DNA from: Trypethelium eluteriae
Taxonomy: Eukaryota
DNA: 64,000 nt
Assembly: GCA_051942245.1 (NCBI GenBank)
Contig: JAVECL010000018.1
Span: 1-64,000, forward strand
Direction of reading: 5' to 3'
Both the position numbers and the translations under genes were made by a program. This document shows positions 25,680-37,183 of this stretch, in pieces; the first letter of the stretch is position 1, and the number at the start of each line of letters is the position of its first letter. Under the pieces are notes generated by a model. It was not told the origin of the DNA. It worked only from the letters and a program-made list of their open reading frames with translations, and did no database searches.

Positions 25680-26634
25680 GCACGAGATATACTGCTCATG
25701 CCAAACCGCGGCCTGTGGGGTTCGGGTATCTGAAATTTGACCTCAGCTCAGAGGCATATCCGGAAATCAAGGAGGCAGTCTTGGATTCTAATAGGAACGT
25801 CATTGTTGGTAACAGTGGCGATCCTCTGCGACACATTGTGGGTCGCAACGGTCAACCTGTCCTACCCAATGAGGTCTCAAGGGCAGACCTTTTGAACAGC
25901 AGGAACCCATACTACTGGCAAGCCAGTCATCTGTTGCTACGTTAGAAGGATATCTTTGGGTTTGATCTTGCGGGACGGCCAATCCGGGTCGGTCTGGGCA
26001 ACGACAAGTTCACTCCGGAATCTACTCCTAATCAGGATAATGGCTTTCAAGGCTCCGCATTTCTGGATTCGGAGGACGTAGCACTCAAGCTGGAGGTAGA
26101 AGCAACTTTGACCGCGCTGGTGGACGTGGTGATGATAAGGGTGCTAGCGCCGCAAGCGCGCTTGACGATACTGACGTTGCAGGAGTCAACGTCTCCAACT
26201 ACTCTCGTGATGCTTTGATGCGGAAGCTAGCACGTGCAGACGAACCTGTTGAGTCGAGTAGTACCGATCGGCGTGCAACGACGAGAAGCCGGAATGAGAA
26301 GAGGACCCGACATTGGTAACAAGGCAGGGTCAATGCACTTGCGAACGTACACAATCGCTGGCGACACGTTCCACGATAGTCCCTCGATGGGAATGGGAAT
26401 ACCATCGCGCGGTCACAAGAGACAGCGTAGTCGATCGGTTCCTGTGGCGATTGATTTCTCCATGCTTCGGAATAATCCGATGCCTTCCTTCCTCATTCAG
26501 CCAGAGCATCAACAGGCACCGGCGCCTGTGGCCGATCCGAGGAGCCGTTCGAGATGCCGAGGGAGCCGATAACGAGAAAGAATATCGTAACGTATTCATA
26601 TAGCGATCCACTAGGATTATGGATCGTACACTGA

Positions 26635-27309
26635 GTGCTTGGACGAGTTACATGTGTCCATACCAGCTATCATCGACCCTTTCACAACCATGGGTCGCTA
26701 CCTCTAGTCTGTGCAAGCTGCAAAGAATCGCCATCACTGCACGGAGGCTTAGTTCCGGAGACGCCCTACTGCTCGGATACTTGCTGGGAAAACCATAGGC
26801 CTCGTCACGAAAACGACTGCATGAAAATAAATCGTGTAGTCCCTGACGGCAACGAATTACGCATTTACGAGAATCCAATAGCTCCAGAGAGCGTGTTTGC
26901 CGACTTCTCAGCGAACGGCCAGAGGTGCTCCAATCATGGGACTTTCCCTTCATCGGAAGCTGATTATTCCCTACTGGATAAAGCTACAGAACATGGCGGC
27001 ACTGAGACAGTGCAAACTGGCTTCACCATGCGGAAGCCGAATAGAGGGACGGAAACAGAGGAATCGACATATCCAAGGTCAGCATACACGGTATTGCCGG
27101 AACACAATATCCCTAACCAAGGGTTCTTCGGTGGAGAGCGTGCCCATGATCTCAAAGGTGGGCAGGAAGGACGTATCACCTCTCCAAATTCCGAGACCCA
27201 AGTCGCGCAAGCGCAACAGCAATGCGAAGAGTCGCAGATCCACTCTGAACACCAGAGCAGCCGGCCGCGAGTACCCAGCGCCGGAGGGCATCACACCAGG
27301 CTCGGATAA
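26635..27309 (+). CDS. ORF or exon with degenerate MYND-type zinc finger, within a chimeric region
   Basis: CASCKESP...YCSDTCWENHRPRHENDC at ~26704-26826. No clear ATG; may be an exon or a relic. Confidence 0.45.
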   Translation: MLGRVTCVHTSYHRPFHNHGSLPLVCASCKESPSLHGGLVPETPYCSDTCWENHRPRHENDCMKINRVVPDGNELRIYENPIAPESVFADFSANGQRCSNHGTFPSSEADYSLLDKATEHGGTETVQTGFTMRKPNRGTETEESTYPRSAYTVLPEHNIPNQGFFGGERAHDLKGGQEGRITSPNSETQVAQAQQQCEESQIHSEHQSSRPRVPSAGGHHTRLG

Positions 27310-28850
27310 ACCGCTGCCTGTGGAGTTCGGATATCTGGAATTTGACCGCAGCCCATTCTCCCCTGATGACCCGAGAAATCTCATCCGCAAGCGGGTCATG
27401 CAAATGAGGGGGGAACATGTTAGCTCCCTATTCTCTTGCCTTTCGTGTACTTCGTCAACTTCACACACGCGATGAAAGTCAAATAGATCACCTTGCTCTG
27501 CAGCATCCACAAGACTTAGAAGAAGAAGATGGATGATGGATTTGGACGGACTTGGAGTGACATGAAGAAGGAAGGCGACGATTGTTGGGAGGGAGAAGAA
27601 CATATCAAGGGTACACTGAGAGCTGCAAGCACACTAGGTGCCTTTGGAATGGGGATGCAAGTCGTTTGGGTGAACTTGATATGTAAAGTCGCTTTGGTCG
27701 CTGGGTTGATCTCGCTTCAACAGTGAAGTTGATGAAGTATACGAAAGGCAAGAGAATAGGGAGCTAAAGTCATACATGTCGTAGCGTGTTGGTGTCTTGG
27801 ACAACATGACGAGGGTTGCTTTCAGATTAGAGGATACTACTTGAGCTGTTGTTTAGTTAAGATACTGCGTATAGAATCTTTTCTGTAAAAACTCTCCCTT
27901 ATGGTAAACTACCGCCAGGGGTGCGAGAAAAGGAGTCGTAATCTGTGCTTGTAGGCTACACCGCTAGAATCAAGAGGAAGGTTTCCCTGAAAGAAATGCA
28001 GCTACTCAGCTCTTCATGTAGAGTAAAGAAGGGCTCATTTCCAATCCTGATACACCGTTCAACGTGATGACCGAGTGGAGAGACCTCAATTTGACTACGT
28101 GCTTAGTCTGTGGACACGCAAAACACTCAAAGGCAGGTTCCCGGGGATTAGGAGAGGAGTTTCGGAGCTCTAGCAAAGTAACGTTGTATCGGCCTACCCT
28201 GACTCGTACGATATCTAAGGCATGTAGCTTGAAGCTCGCTCCATTCGCTGAAGCTGCTCCTGAATCAAAAAGACAGCTCTGACTCGCTGTATCCTCCGGC
28301 TGTTTTTGATGGAAACCCTTCAGATCTCATCAGGAGTATTTCGCGGAGTAGTGTTCAATGAGGGTTCAAAGTTGAAGATTATCTGTCTACGCAGACACAG
28401 CGAAAGTTTGGAATAGTTTTGCATAATAATGAGTGGTGTAGAGTATTTCATTGCGGTCGCAAAGCCCCGTAATGCAAGCTTCGTTGCTACCCGTGATGAG
28501 TTCGAGCCAGTTTCTGTGGAGGGAGGAGCCGAGAAAGTCGTGGTGTCAGGGTCTGTGCTACTCTAAATACGGTATCGTATGATACAATACAGTACCCAAC
28601 GATATCGCAGTGAGATTGGGTTGATCCGTGGTACGATCCGTAGACAATACATATGATGTGATAGCGTGCTCACCTGAAGTCTTGCACTTGGGGATGCTAC
28701 CCGGATTGCAGCCCTCTCACCTAGGGACTCTAAGAGATCACGTTATGCCGAGCCAAAAGGAACGTACCTTGAGGTCCTTTTTGCCTGCGTCACGATATCT
28801 GGAACGTTAGAAGCGATTGCCAATGGTTTGTCGATGACCGTTACGTGTCC

Positions 28851-28910
28851 ATACTCTACGATACTCTAACGATGAGTCGTGCTACTCTAGTACTCCACTA
28901 TACTCTACGC
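28851..28910. repeat. Cluster of short TACTCTA repeats
   Basis: atactctacg atactctaac ... gctactctag tactccacta tactctacg. Confidence 0.6.
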
Positions 28911-29021
28911 CCACACGATATAGGGATGGCGAGTCTTGGAGAGAATCGCTTGCTCTGAATCGCGGACCGAGATAAATACTGTGTTGATTCCATTCATCAC
29001 GATCTATCTGTAAGCCTTATA

Positions 29022-30665
29022 TCAATCATCTATCCTGTCGAGTTTCCCCTTCAATTCCCCATTATCCAGCAAACTCCCGAACATAGCCGTCTCAAAAAGC
29101 CTATTTATCTGCCAAGCGTGATGCACGGCATGAAGCAGCAGCCAAGTCATCTCGTCGATTAAGCCCTTGCTATAAAAACTCGCCATGGCCAGCCTCGACA
29201 TCTCACCAAGCTCGTCCTCTCGCGCCTTCGACAGCACGCCCAGCTCGACGTACTTCAATGGCCCCGTGGACAAACACCACCAAAGATGAGTCAATGAATC
29301 TTTCTTCGCATTATCTCTAAAAGAAGAGATGCACCTCTCAACTTGATCACACGGATCCATGCCATTGCATGTATCTTTCAGAGGTCTGCTGAATCCCGTG
29401 GTGTGGAAGCTTTCATCAAAGACCTCGTCAAAGTCGCCTTCTCTCTGCGGCTGCTCCTCCGTCCGCCCAAACCTCTTCGCTTTCTCCCGACCAAGGACCG
29501 CTCTTCTCAAAAACATATGTCGATCATTCTGAATATGCCAGCAAAACAAAATCGCGCACATCCTCCCTATGGGCTCGCTCCAGCGTTCCGTCAACATCCT
29601 GGCGCCAGTGTGCGCGTACGCATCATAGACCCGTCGAAGCGCTTCCTCGCTCACGATTCCACTTCCGGTGATATCCGTGGTATTGAGGAACGAATTCAGG
29701 ACTTCGGAATTGAGAATATCAGACCCGACGTCGACTACATCCGTGCCGGGTGAGCTAAATACCAAATCGCTCATCGTAGCCGCGGGATCGAAGCCACGAG
29801 CAATCGCCTCGGCGCCCATACTCATCAGACTGCTTTCGAGCAAGAACACCACCTGCGCAGTCCGCCGATCCATAGGCGCCATCTTATACGCCACGGCGCC
29901 CTTAAACTCCTCCTCCAGCGCGATCTTCCCGCGAATATACCGCAGCCCGATCTCCACCGCGATCCGCCGCTCCCGCCCCGCCGGCGTCCGCCTCGCTTGC
30001 TCATCCGCCACCGACTGTCGCAGTAGCTCCCCGAGCTCCGGGAAGACCTTGTGGTAGCCATGCTCGTAGTAGAAGGCCATGTCGGTGCAGTAGTTCGAGA
30101 ACAGCGTCGCCGGGTCGTATGCCCCAATGAACATGTTCGCCATCCCGGACCCGAAGAGCGCGTCGTTCGTGAGCAAAGGCCGGGGCCAGTCTTCTGCCCC
30201 TAGCAGCGTGAGCACAGTGGGTGAGGCCCGCGTCAGTCCGGGGCCTTTCGCCGGCAGGATACGTCCAAGGGCGAACTGGTCCTGGCGCCACTTTTGGAGG
30301 GAGGGCGAGAGGCGGATTGAGGTGAGACCGGAGCCGGCTGGCCCCTGACCGTTCGCTGTGGATGCCCTTGTGGATGAGAGATGGCTGAAGGCTTCATTGA
30401 CGTATTGAAGGGCTTGTGTCCCCAGCTTGGCCATTGTCCCCAGATTTCCATCGCCGATGATCGAGCTGGCTTCTACATATCCTCGATGAATGGGGAAGCT
30501 TGACGTGCCAGCACCCTCGTCGGAGCCTTTGCCCCAGAAATATGGAATATTCTGTAGGGTCGATTTGGGGCTAATGGCTGGTGCAATCTGATGGTCAAGG
30601 AGGTTTGGGCTGTCACTCCTTACGGAAGACTGTTCTTGTTTGGGGCTGTCAACATAGCAGTCCAT
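29022..30665 (-). CDS. Uncharacterised intronless protein (~547 aa), possibly of the class I isoprenoid/terpene-synthase-like fold
   Basis: Long GC-rich ORF with ATG at 30665. Helical core with DVVDVGSDILNSE..N and WHIQNDRH motifs. Confidence 0.7.
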   Translation of the reverse strand: MDCYVDSPKQEQSSVRSDSPNLLDHQIAPAISPKSTLQNIPYFWGKGSDEGAGTSSFPIHRGYVEASSIIGDGNLGTMAKLGTQALQYVNEAFSHLSSTRASTANGQGPAGSGLTSIRLSPSLQKWRQDQFALGRILPAKGPGLTRASPTVLTLLGAEDWPRPLLTNDALFGSGMANMFIGAYDPATLFSNYCTDMAFYYEHGYHKVFPELGELLRQSVADEQARRTPAGRERRIAVEIGLRYIRGKIALEEEFKGAVAYKMAPMDRRTAQVVFLLESSLMSMGAEAIARGFDPAATMSDLVFSSPGTDVVDVGSDILNSEVLNSFLNTTDITGSGIVSEEALRRVYDAYAHTGARMLTERWSEPIGRMCAILFCWHIQNDRHMFLRRAVLGREKAKRFGRTEEQPQREGDFDEVFDESFHTTGFSRPLKDTCNGMDPCDQVERCISSFRDNAKKDSLTHLWWCLSTGPLKYVELGVLSKAREDELGEMSRLAMASFYSKGLIDEMTWLLLHAVHHAWQINRLFETAMFGSLLDNGELKGKLDRIDD

Positions 30666-31051
30666 CGCTCCTTCCTGTTCCGTCTCAACAAGCGGAAACT
30701 GCACCGAAGGGAACTTGAGGATAGGGGACTCGAGGAGTCAAACAGTGGCTTGACAGTCGTCTGGAGATTGCAGATGATACTTAGTGAATGCCCAAGTATC
30801 TATCTACAATGAAGCATGTGTCCTCTACTGATAAGCAGTGATCACAGAGGTCAGCTGTGACACTGTGCCGCAATATTGCAATAGCAATCAAGAGCTCTGA
30901 TAGAGCAGGACCAGCTAAAAATCATTCGATCGTGGCAACCAGGACAATCCAGGTGCAATATTTCCTGGAGCATACCAGCCAAAATCTGAGCGTCTCCATA
31001 CCGAATTCTATCAGTAACGGCTGCAGGCAACTCAGAAGTCGATGATGAGCT

Positions 31052-33429
31052 TCATTCCCAAGTCTCCATCTTGTCCACCGAGCATCCAATAGTTCCTTTG
31101 CGCCTGTTTCCCAGCTGTCCAACTTCCCAGACTGCCTCTCCAGCTTCTCCTAATCTCTTCGTTACCTCGGATACCCTGGCAGCGTCTACGACAAGGACCA
31201 TGCCCAGTCCTGCATTGAAGGCTGACACAAACTCGTCATTCCCCACGTTGCCCGTCCTTTTCAACCACCTCAATACTGCCGGCACCTTCCATCTCTGGGC
31301 GTCGAGCGTAGCGGCGAGATGAGAAGGCAGCATGCGCGGGATATTCTCCACCAGACCACCCCCCGTAATGTGCGCAAGACCCTTGATTCCGGTGAAGTCC
31401 GACGCCTGCAGAAGCGGTAGCAAAGCCTTGACATAGATCTTCGTCGGCGTCAACAAGGCCTCCCCAACGGTCGTTTCCTCCCCTTCCACCCACGGCGCCC
31501 GATCGCCATATCCCAATCCCGCCCGGTCCTCCACAATCTTCCGAATCAAGCTAAACCCATTACTGTGCGCCCCACTACTCGCCAACCCAACCAGCACATC
31601 CCTCTCTCTCATCGCCCCCGTATCCGGGAGCACCTTCCTCCCCTGCGGCACCGCTCCCGTCGCCTGCCCCGCGGCATCAAACTCCCCCTCGCCATACATC
31701 CCCGGCATCTCCGCCGTCTCTCCCCCCACCAACGCACACCCCGCCAAGCGACAGCCCTCGGCGACGCCCTCGACAAACTCCGCCGCGACCTCCAGCTGCA
31801 GGCGGCCGGTGGCGTAGTAGTCGAGGAAGCTGAGGGGCTCGGCGCCCTGGACGAGCAGGTCGTTGACGTTCATGGCGACGAGGTCGACGCCCACGCTGCG
31901 GTAGCGGCCCGTCGCGAACGCCACCTTCAGCTTCGTCCCCACCCCGTCGATGCAGTGGATCAGCGTCGGTGCTAACGTGTACCCTGCCGCGCGGAGGTCG
32001 AAGGTCCCCCCGAAGCCGCCGATGGAGGCGGAGGTGCCCGGGCGCGCGGTGCTGGCCGCGGTGGACCGGATGCGCTGGATGAGCTGGTTGCCGGTGTGGA
32101 TGGAGACGCCGGCGGAGGCGTAGGTCATGGCGGGGGAGGAGGAGGGGCCGGGAGGTAGAGAGGTTGAATCGGGTGGCTGGTGGTTCACGGTGGCGCCGTC
32201 GTTAGCGGGGGTGAGGAGTTTCCAGTCGCATTTGATGGTTTTGCCTTTTTGTTTTTGGTATTCGAATATAAGTTTGGAGGAGATGGCGTCGGCGATGGAG
32301 GAAAAATTTGTGGTGGCGAGAGCGAGGATGGTGGGACCGGCGCCAGAGAGACAGATGCCGAGGAGGCCGGGATGGCTCTTGGGGGAGAGGGATTGGAGAA
32401 CTTCGGAGAGACCCGGGATAAGATGCTGGCGATAGGGTTGGTGCATTTTGTCTTGCATGCCTTGATATATCATGTCTGGGTCTGGTGGGCTTTCCCCCAA
32501 GGAAGTAGTTAGGAGAGCAGTGCGTTGAAGATTGAATACCATATCTGCCCGAGTATACTTTTCGGGGAGACATTTTCGAGCGTCAGCGGTGGGAACTTCA
32601 AAATTCGGGATGATCGCAATGCATTTCACTTCCTTTGCCCATCGAAACTTCTTGTAGTGGCCAATATTGAATGGTGGTTTGGGAGGAATGATGCCAGTAT
32701 CGACCCCACCAGCCGGTTGTGGTAGAACTTCAGAAAGTGGTATTTCCTTTCTCTCCGTGTCCTTTGGTTCGAGCTCGTTCAAGTACGTCCCTACGAAACC
32801 GCCGTATAGTGCAGCCGCTACATTATCAGGATGTCGTTCTGCAAGAGGTGATCAGTACTTTAAGCAGAAAGTCAACGAAGGAGTCAAATACAATGCCATA
32901 CCAACCATCAGAGAATAATCCAACATTCTGTTCTTTGACAGACCAAGCTTTCCCACCTCATTTGCCAGCATCACTCCGCCAACGACGGCTGCACCGGACG
33001 ACCCCAATCCTCTTCCGAGGGGTATGTTGTTGATGATATGGACATTTGTCCCGTTTGGAAATGCTCTCTGGCCATGGCATCGTAGTACGTAGAGCGCAGT
33101 GCGAGTAAGGAGGTTCTCATCTGCAACTAGTACCACATCTTCTTTACCTGGACCTTCGTATGTGACATTGCAATGAAGGGGTGCAGTTGATGGAGTACTT
33201 GAAGAATCAAATGTCACTTGAATCTCGAGATAGATAGATAGCGCGAGACCAATGACATCAAAGCCGGGTCCTGAAGTTTGACGTCAGTCATCCACTGATA
33301 GAAGAAGTTGCAAGTGGGAAAGTTTCACCGATATTGGCAGAGGAGCACGGAACTTCTGTACATTTGGTGAGCTCAACGAGTCTTCTACTGCCAGCTGCAT
33401 TGCACAGGCTACGCACTTATCGTGATCAT
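31052..33429 (-). CDS. THR1-ADE7: Fusion protein: homoserine kinase (Thr1) + AIR synthetase (PurM/Ade7); exons 33429-33417, 33355-33329, 33270-32902, 32838-31052
   Basis: [64 protein letters not shown] and CLSGAGPTILALA continue without a stop into MTYASAGVSI, GGFGGTFDL, DGVGTKL, VAMNVNDL, GGETAEMPGMY, SSGAHSNGFSL, AHITGGGL and FNAGLGMV. Confidence 0.93.
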
Positions 33430-33956
33430 CTTATCCCAGCACCTCCACACGATCGCGGAGGAGATGATCAAATTTTGGTGCGATGTGCAGCGAGATCTTT
33501 TGCAAGGGTTCAGCCTTGCAACGTGCCCCACCGTGGGGAAAATCCGAGCCTTCAAAGATCTAGATATCGTAGATCTAGATGCGAAGCGATTCAAAAAAAC
33601 ATCCCTCCAGAAACAGGCGAATTGACCATTCGATTCAGCAATTCCAATATGATGTTGATATATTGGTGATTTCCCCAGTCTTTACTCACCTGAGTACTCT
33701 AACATAGGTAATTTTGACAAAGTTCAACCTCATCCATCGAAGTCCTTCATATTTTCACGAAATTTTTTCTTAATTGCTTGATCTCTCCATTGTGTGCTCA
33801 CACGAATGTTGATCACCATATTAAAAACTATAAATTCATTTGTGGCCTTTTCTATTTCCGCAGTGTCGTAGCTGCCAACTCACGCCAATGATGCGATCTC
33901 CCGGTGCCTACATGAGGTGGATACTAACGTCCTGTTTTGACCCCTAGGATTCTACC

Positions 33957-35349
33957 ATGTCTTGCCAATCCCTTATAATTCTGCTTCTGGGTTCTGGCGG
34001 CAGAGAACATGCTCTCGCATGGAAACTCTCCCAATCGCCCCTCGTCCACCACGTCTACTGCGTTCCTGGAAACGGCGGCACCGCATCAACGCCTAAGTGC
34101 ACCAATCATTCCGATCTCCCATCTCCAGAAAAGGTATCTAGCTTTCCCGCTCTCGTGTCATTCGCTCAGCGGCATGGCGTCAACTTTCTAGTCCCCGGAC
34201 CCGAGGCCCCCCTTGTTGCTGGAGTTGTGGATTACTTTGAGCAGCATGCGCCAGGCGTCCGCTGCTTCGGGCCGAAATCTGACGCAGCGAGAATGGAAGG
34301 CAGCAAGACATTCGCAAAGGATTTCATGAGGAAGCATGCAATTCCCACCGCCAAATATCAGAATTTCTCTTCGCATGCGTCCGCAAAACAGTATCTGGAG
34401 ACGGTGGATCATCCAGTGGTCATCAAAGCTTCGGGTCTTGCGGGTGGAAAAGGCGTCATCATTCCGTCTTCTAAAGATGAAGCGCAAGAGGCTTTGACCG
34501 ATATCATGCTGAAGAGCGAGTTCGGTGCTGCTGGCGAAGAAGTCGTGATCGAGGAATTCCTGGAAGGGAACGAGATCTCGATATTATCGTTCTCCGATGG
34601 TATCACGATTAAAAGCTTGCCACCAGCGCAGGATCATAAGAGAATTGGTGATGGCGATACAGGTGGGAACACGGGAGGAATGGGTGCATATGCGCCGTGT
34701 CCAAGCAGTGTAGTTAGTCAAGCGCAGATGGAGGAGATTGAACGGACAGTGCTGCGACCGACAATAAAAGGAATGGAAGATGAAGGTAAGCGTAAAGCTG
34801 GGTTCGAGAGAGCTAAAACTCGAATGCGCCCGTGGAGCACCTTCAGCTAAAGACTCATTAGGATATCCATTCAGAGGCGTACTATTCACCGGCCTCATGA
34901 TGGCCACCTCTGGACCCTGCGTCCTCGAGTACAATGTTCGCTTTGGTGATCCCGAAGTGCAAACCCTCCTCCCACTCCTCGCTCCAGAAACGGACCTTGC
35001 GCAAGTTCTTTATGCCTGTACAGACCATACTCTAAGCTCCGTTCAAGTATCCATAACCAACGACGTCGCCGCCACTGTCGTCGTGGCTGCTGGTGGCTAC
35101 CCGAGCTCCTATCCTAAGGGCACACCAATGAAGTTGAAGGATATTCCGGAGGACGTACAGGTATTCCACGCCGGAACGGCCGTGGATGTCGAAGGAAAGC
35201 TGAAGACGTCTGGAGGAAGAGTCATTGCGGCGACTGCGACTGGCAAGACCCTCAAGGAGGCAGTGGAAAAAGCGTATGGTGGTGTGAAGGCCATCGAGTT
35301 TGAGGGTATGTATTACAGGAGAGATATTGCGGCGAGAGCATTAAATTAG
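33957..35349 (+). CDS. ADE5: Stand-alone phosphoribosylamine-glycine ligase (GAR synthetase, PurD/Ade5); intron 34785-34861
   Basis: LLGSGGREHALAWKL, PGNGG, GPEAPL, EGSKTFAKDFM, KASGLAGGKGV, QDHKRIGDGDTGGNTGGMGAY, EYNVRFGDPE, FHAGT, GGRV. Ends RRDIAARALN*. Confidence 0.95.
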
Positions 35350-35927
35350 AAAGAAGCACGTGCGGCTGTGAACTGTGTGAATAAAGCAGTGTCATCATCT
35401 CTCGTCGCATTGGACGTGTCATTAAATTCTCAGCTGGGGCGAATATGAGTCCACCGTTCCAGAGATAATCGAACACTGTGGATCGATCTCTGGTATACGG
35501 TGTGTCAGTCGGTCACCTCAATGGTCCTCAACTTAGCATGATCGGCTGCGCGTGCAAAATGGTAACCTTCACAAGATACATTAGCGGGCGGCTAAATCGA
35601 CGCAAAACGGATTGCAAAGGCTGGTGAGGATTTCGAATTATGATGTACCATCATTTGTATCTTTTCTCTGCGATCCTATGAATTGGAACTTCGCTGCCGA
35701 CTCGTAATTGGCTTACGATGCCTCGATCCTAGAATCGAAGCTGCGCGTGCTGCAAACGCCGAGGACGCCATGGTATCCTTACAAATCCCATCAAAGAGTC
35801 AGAACGCCAACGTGTCAGAACAGAGCAATTCCTATCACCTCTATGCTCCTCGCTCCAAAATGCCAGCAAAGCAGTGGACGGGAAAATCTAACACCTGTTA
35901 TAGCGCCTCAACTACAAATACTCAAAT

Positions 35928-36573
35928 TCATCCTAGGCCACCCCATGCACCTCGTATTCGTCTTGCTAATTGAATATCTTTCTGCTGTATCGTGACGCGT
36001 TTTGCATGTATCGCGCAAAGATTCGTGTCTTCGAAGAGATGTACAAGGAAGGCTTCAGCGGCCTCTTGGAGAGCCATGATGGCCTGAGACTGCCAGCGTA
36101 GGAGTTCGCCGTGGCCTGAGGTATTGAGGGCGATTTCGCGGACCTGATGGACGTGTTCAGTACTCTACTCTTACACGGCCTTGCAATAATAACAGGAAGT
36201 AGCGTAGTTGCCGGATGGAAGAAACAGGGCAGCACTGGACATACCAATCTCGCGAATGGAAGCTTAGATAGCAGTAGATCTGTACTTCTCTGATATTGTC
36301 GGATCTCGCGCAGAGCCAAAGTGCCTGGCTTGTATTTTCTTTTGGTCTTGGCAGGTAACGGGTCTCCGGCTACAGTCCTTGTCAACCCTGCAGTGAGGCT
36401 TGTACACTGACAAAGCTGCACCTACGCTCAATTCCTGACCTTCTGCCTTTACCCAGACTTGATCGACTCGGACCAGCTATCGTCTTTCCTCCTCTCGTCT
36501 TGCCTCCGCCCCGCCGTGGACTCGGTATAGTTTTCCGTCCGCCCTGAGAAGGGCTTGTGTAATAGGGGGGCAT
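35928..36573 (-). CDS. CSE4: Centromeric histone H3 variant CENP-A (3 exons)
   Basis: Divergent basic N-tail, then [37 protein letters not shown]...[57 protein letters not shown]. Confidence 0.93.
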
Positions 36574-36629
36574 TTCAGTGAGCTCGAATTTATTCTCAGC
36601 GGTATTATCCCTCCACTTCGGGACCACTC

Positions 36630-36840
36630 AATTTTTGCGAGAAAGAGAATTGCGCGTAGTCAGGGTCCAGCGATTTGCGGTTTCTCGATCAACGCGTTCG
36701 CTTAGGATAACGCGCCGAGATCGCGAGGGAGTATATTCGCGTGATCTTTGAGTTTTGCGCTTGCGGAGCAGGAACGCACAGGTAGTGAGATTCATTGAGG
36801 GCTTCCCCGGTGTCGACGATCCAAAGCAGTCGCGTGGGGA
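36630..36840. promoter_or_regulatory. MCB-like (ACGCG/CGCG) cluster in the CENP-A/derlin divergent promoter
   Basis: ACGCGT at ~36692 plus several CGCG cores (gcgcgt, acgcgc, tcgcgt x2). Consistent with G1/S regulation of a histone variant (inference). Confidence 0.4.
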
Positions 36841-37183
36841 CGGAAGCGGCGGGGATGGTGTGCGGATTGCGGAGTGTTGTTGTGTCTGGGATGCGGATTA
36901 GAGTATGCCTCTAGGTAGGTGCGGTGCCACAGTTACAACCCTGACACACAAGCCACAATACAGAAACAGCCACCCGGCTGGCGTCATTGCAAGCAAAGTC
37001 GCTACGTTGCCATTACCATTGCTGTTACCAACCGCGCCAGAGTTCGACCCTCCTCTGGAGCTTCTGGAAGCAACTTCGAGCTGTCAAGCAATCACGTCTC
37101 TTTGGACAATCACAGCTCGTTACCTTCCGTCGCACCACTACCGAATAGCTCTCCAACACTCATCCTCACCCTCAAGAAACAAT

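Noticed and set aside
10000..29000. RIP-mutated repeat region
   Set aside because: The sequence is not visibly AT-rich or TpA-enriched, and the decay includes many indels. RIP indices were not computed.
35928..36573. Canonical histone H3
   Set aside because: It lacks the ARTKQTARKS tail and has CENP-A-type features ([15 protein letters not shown] end).
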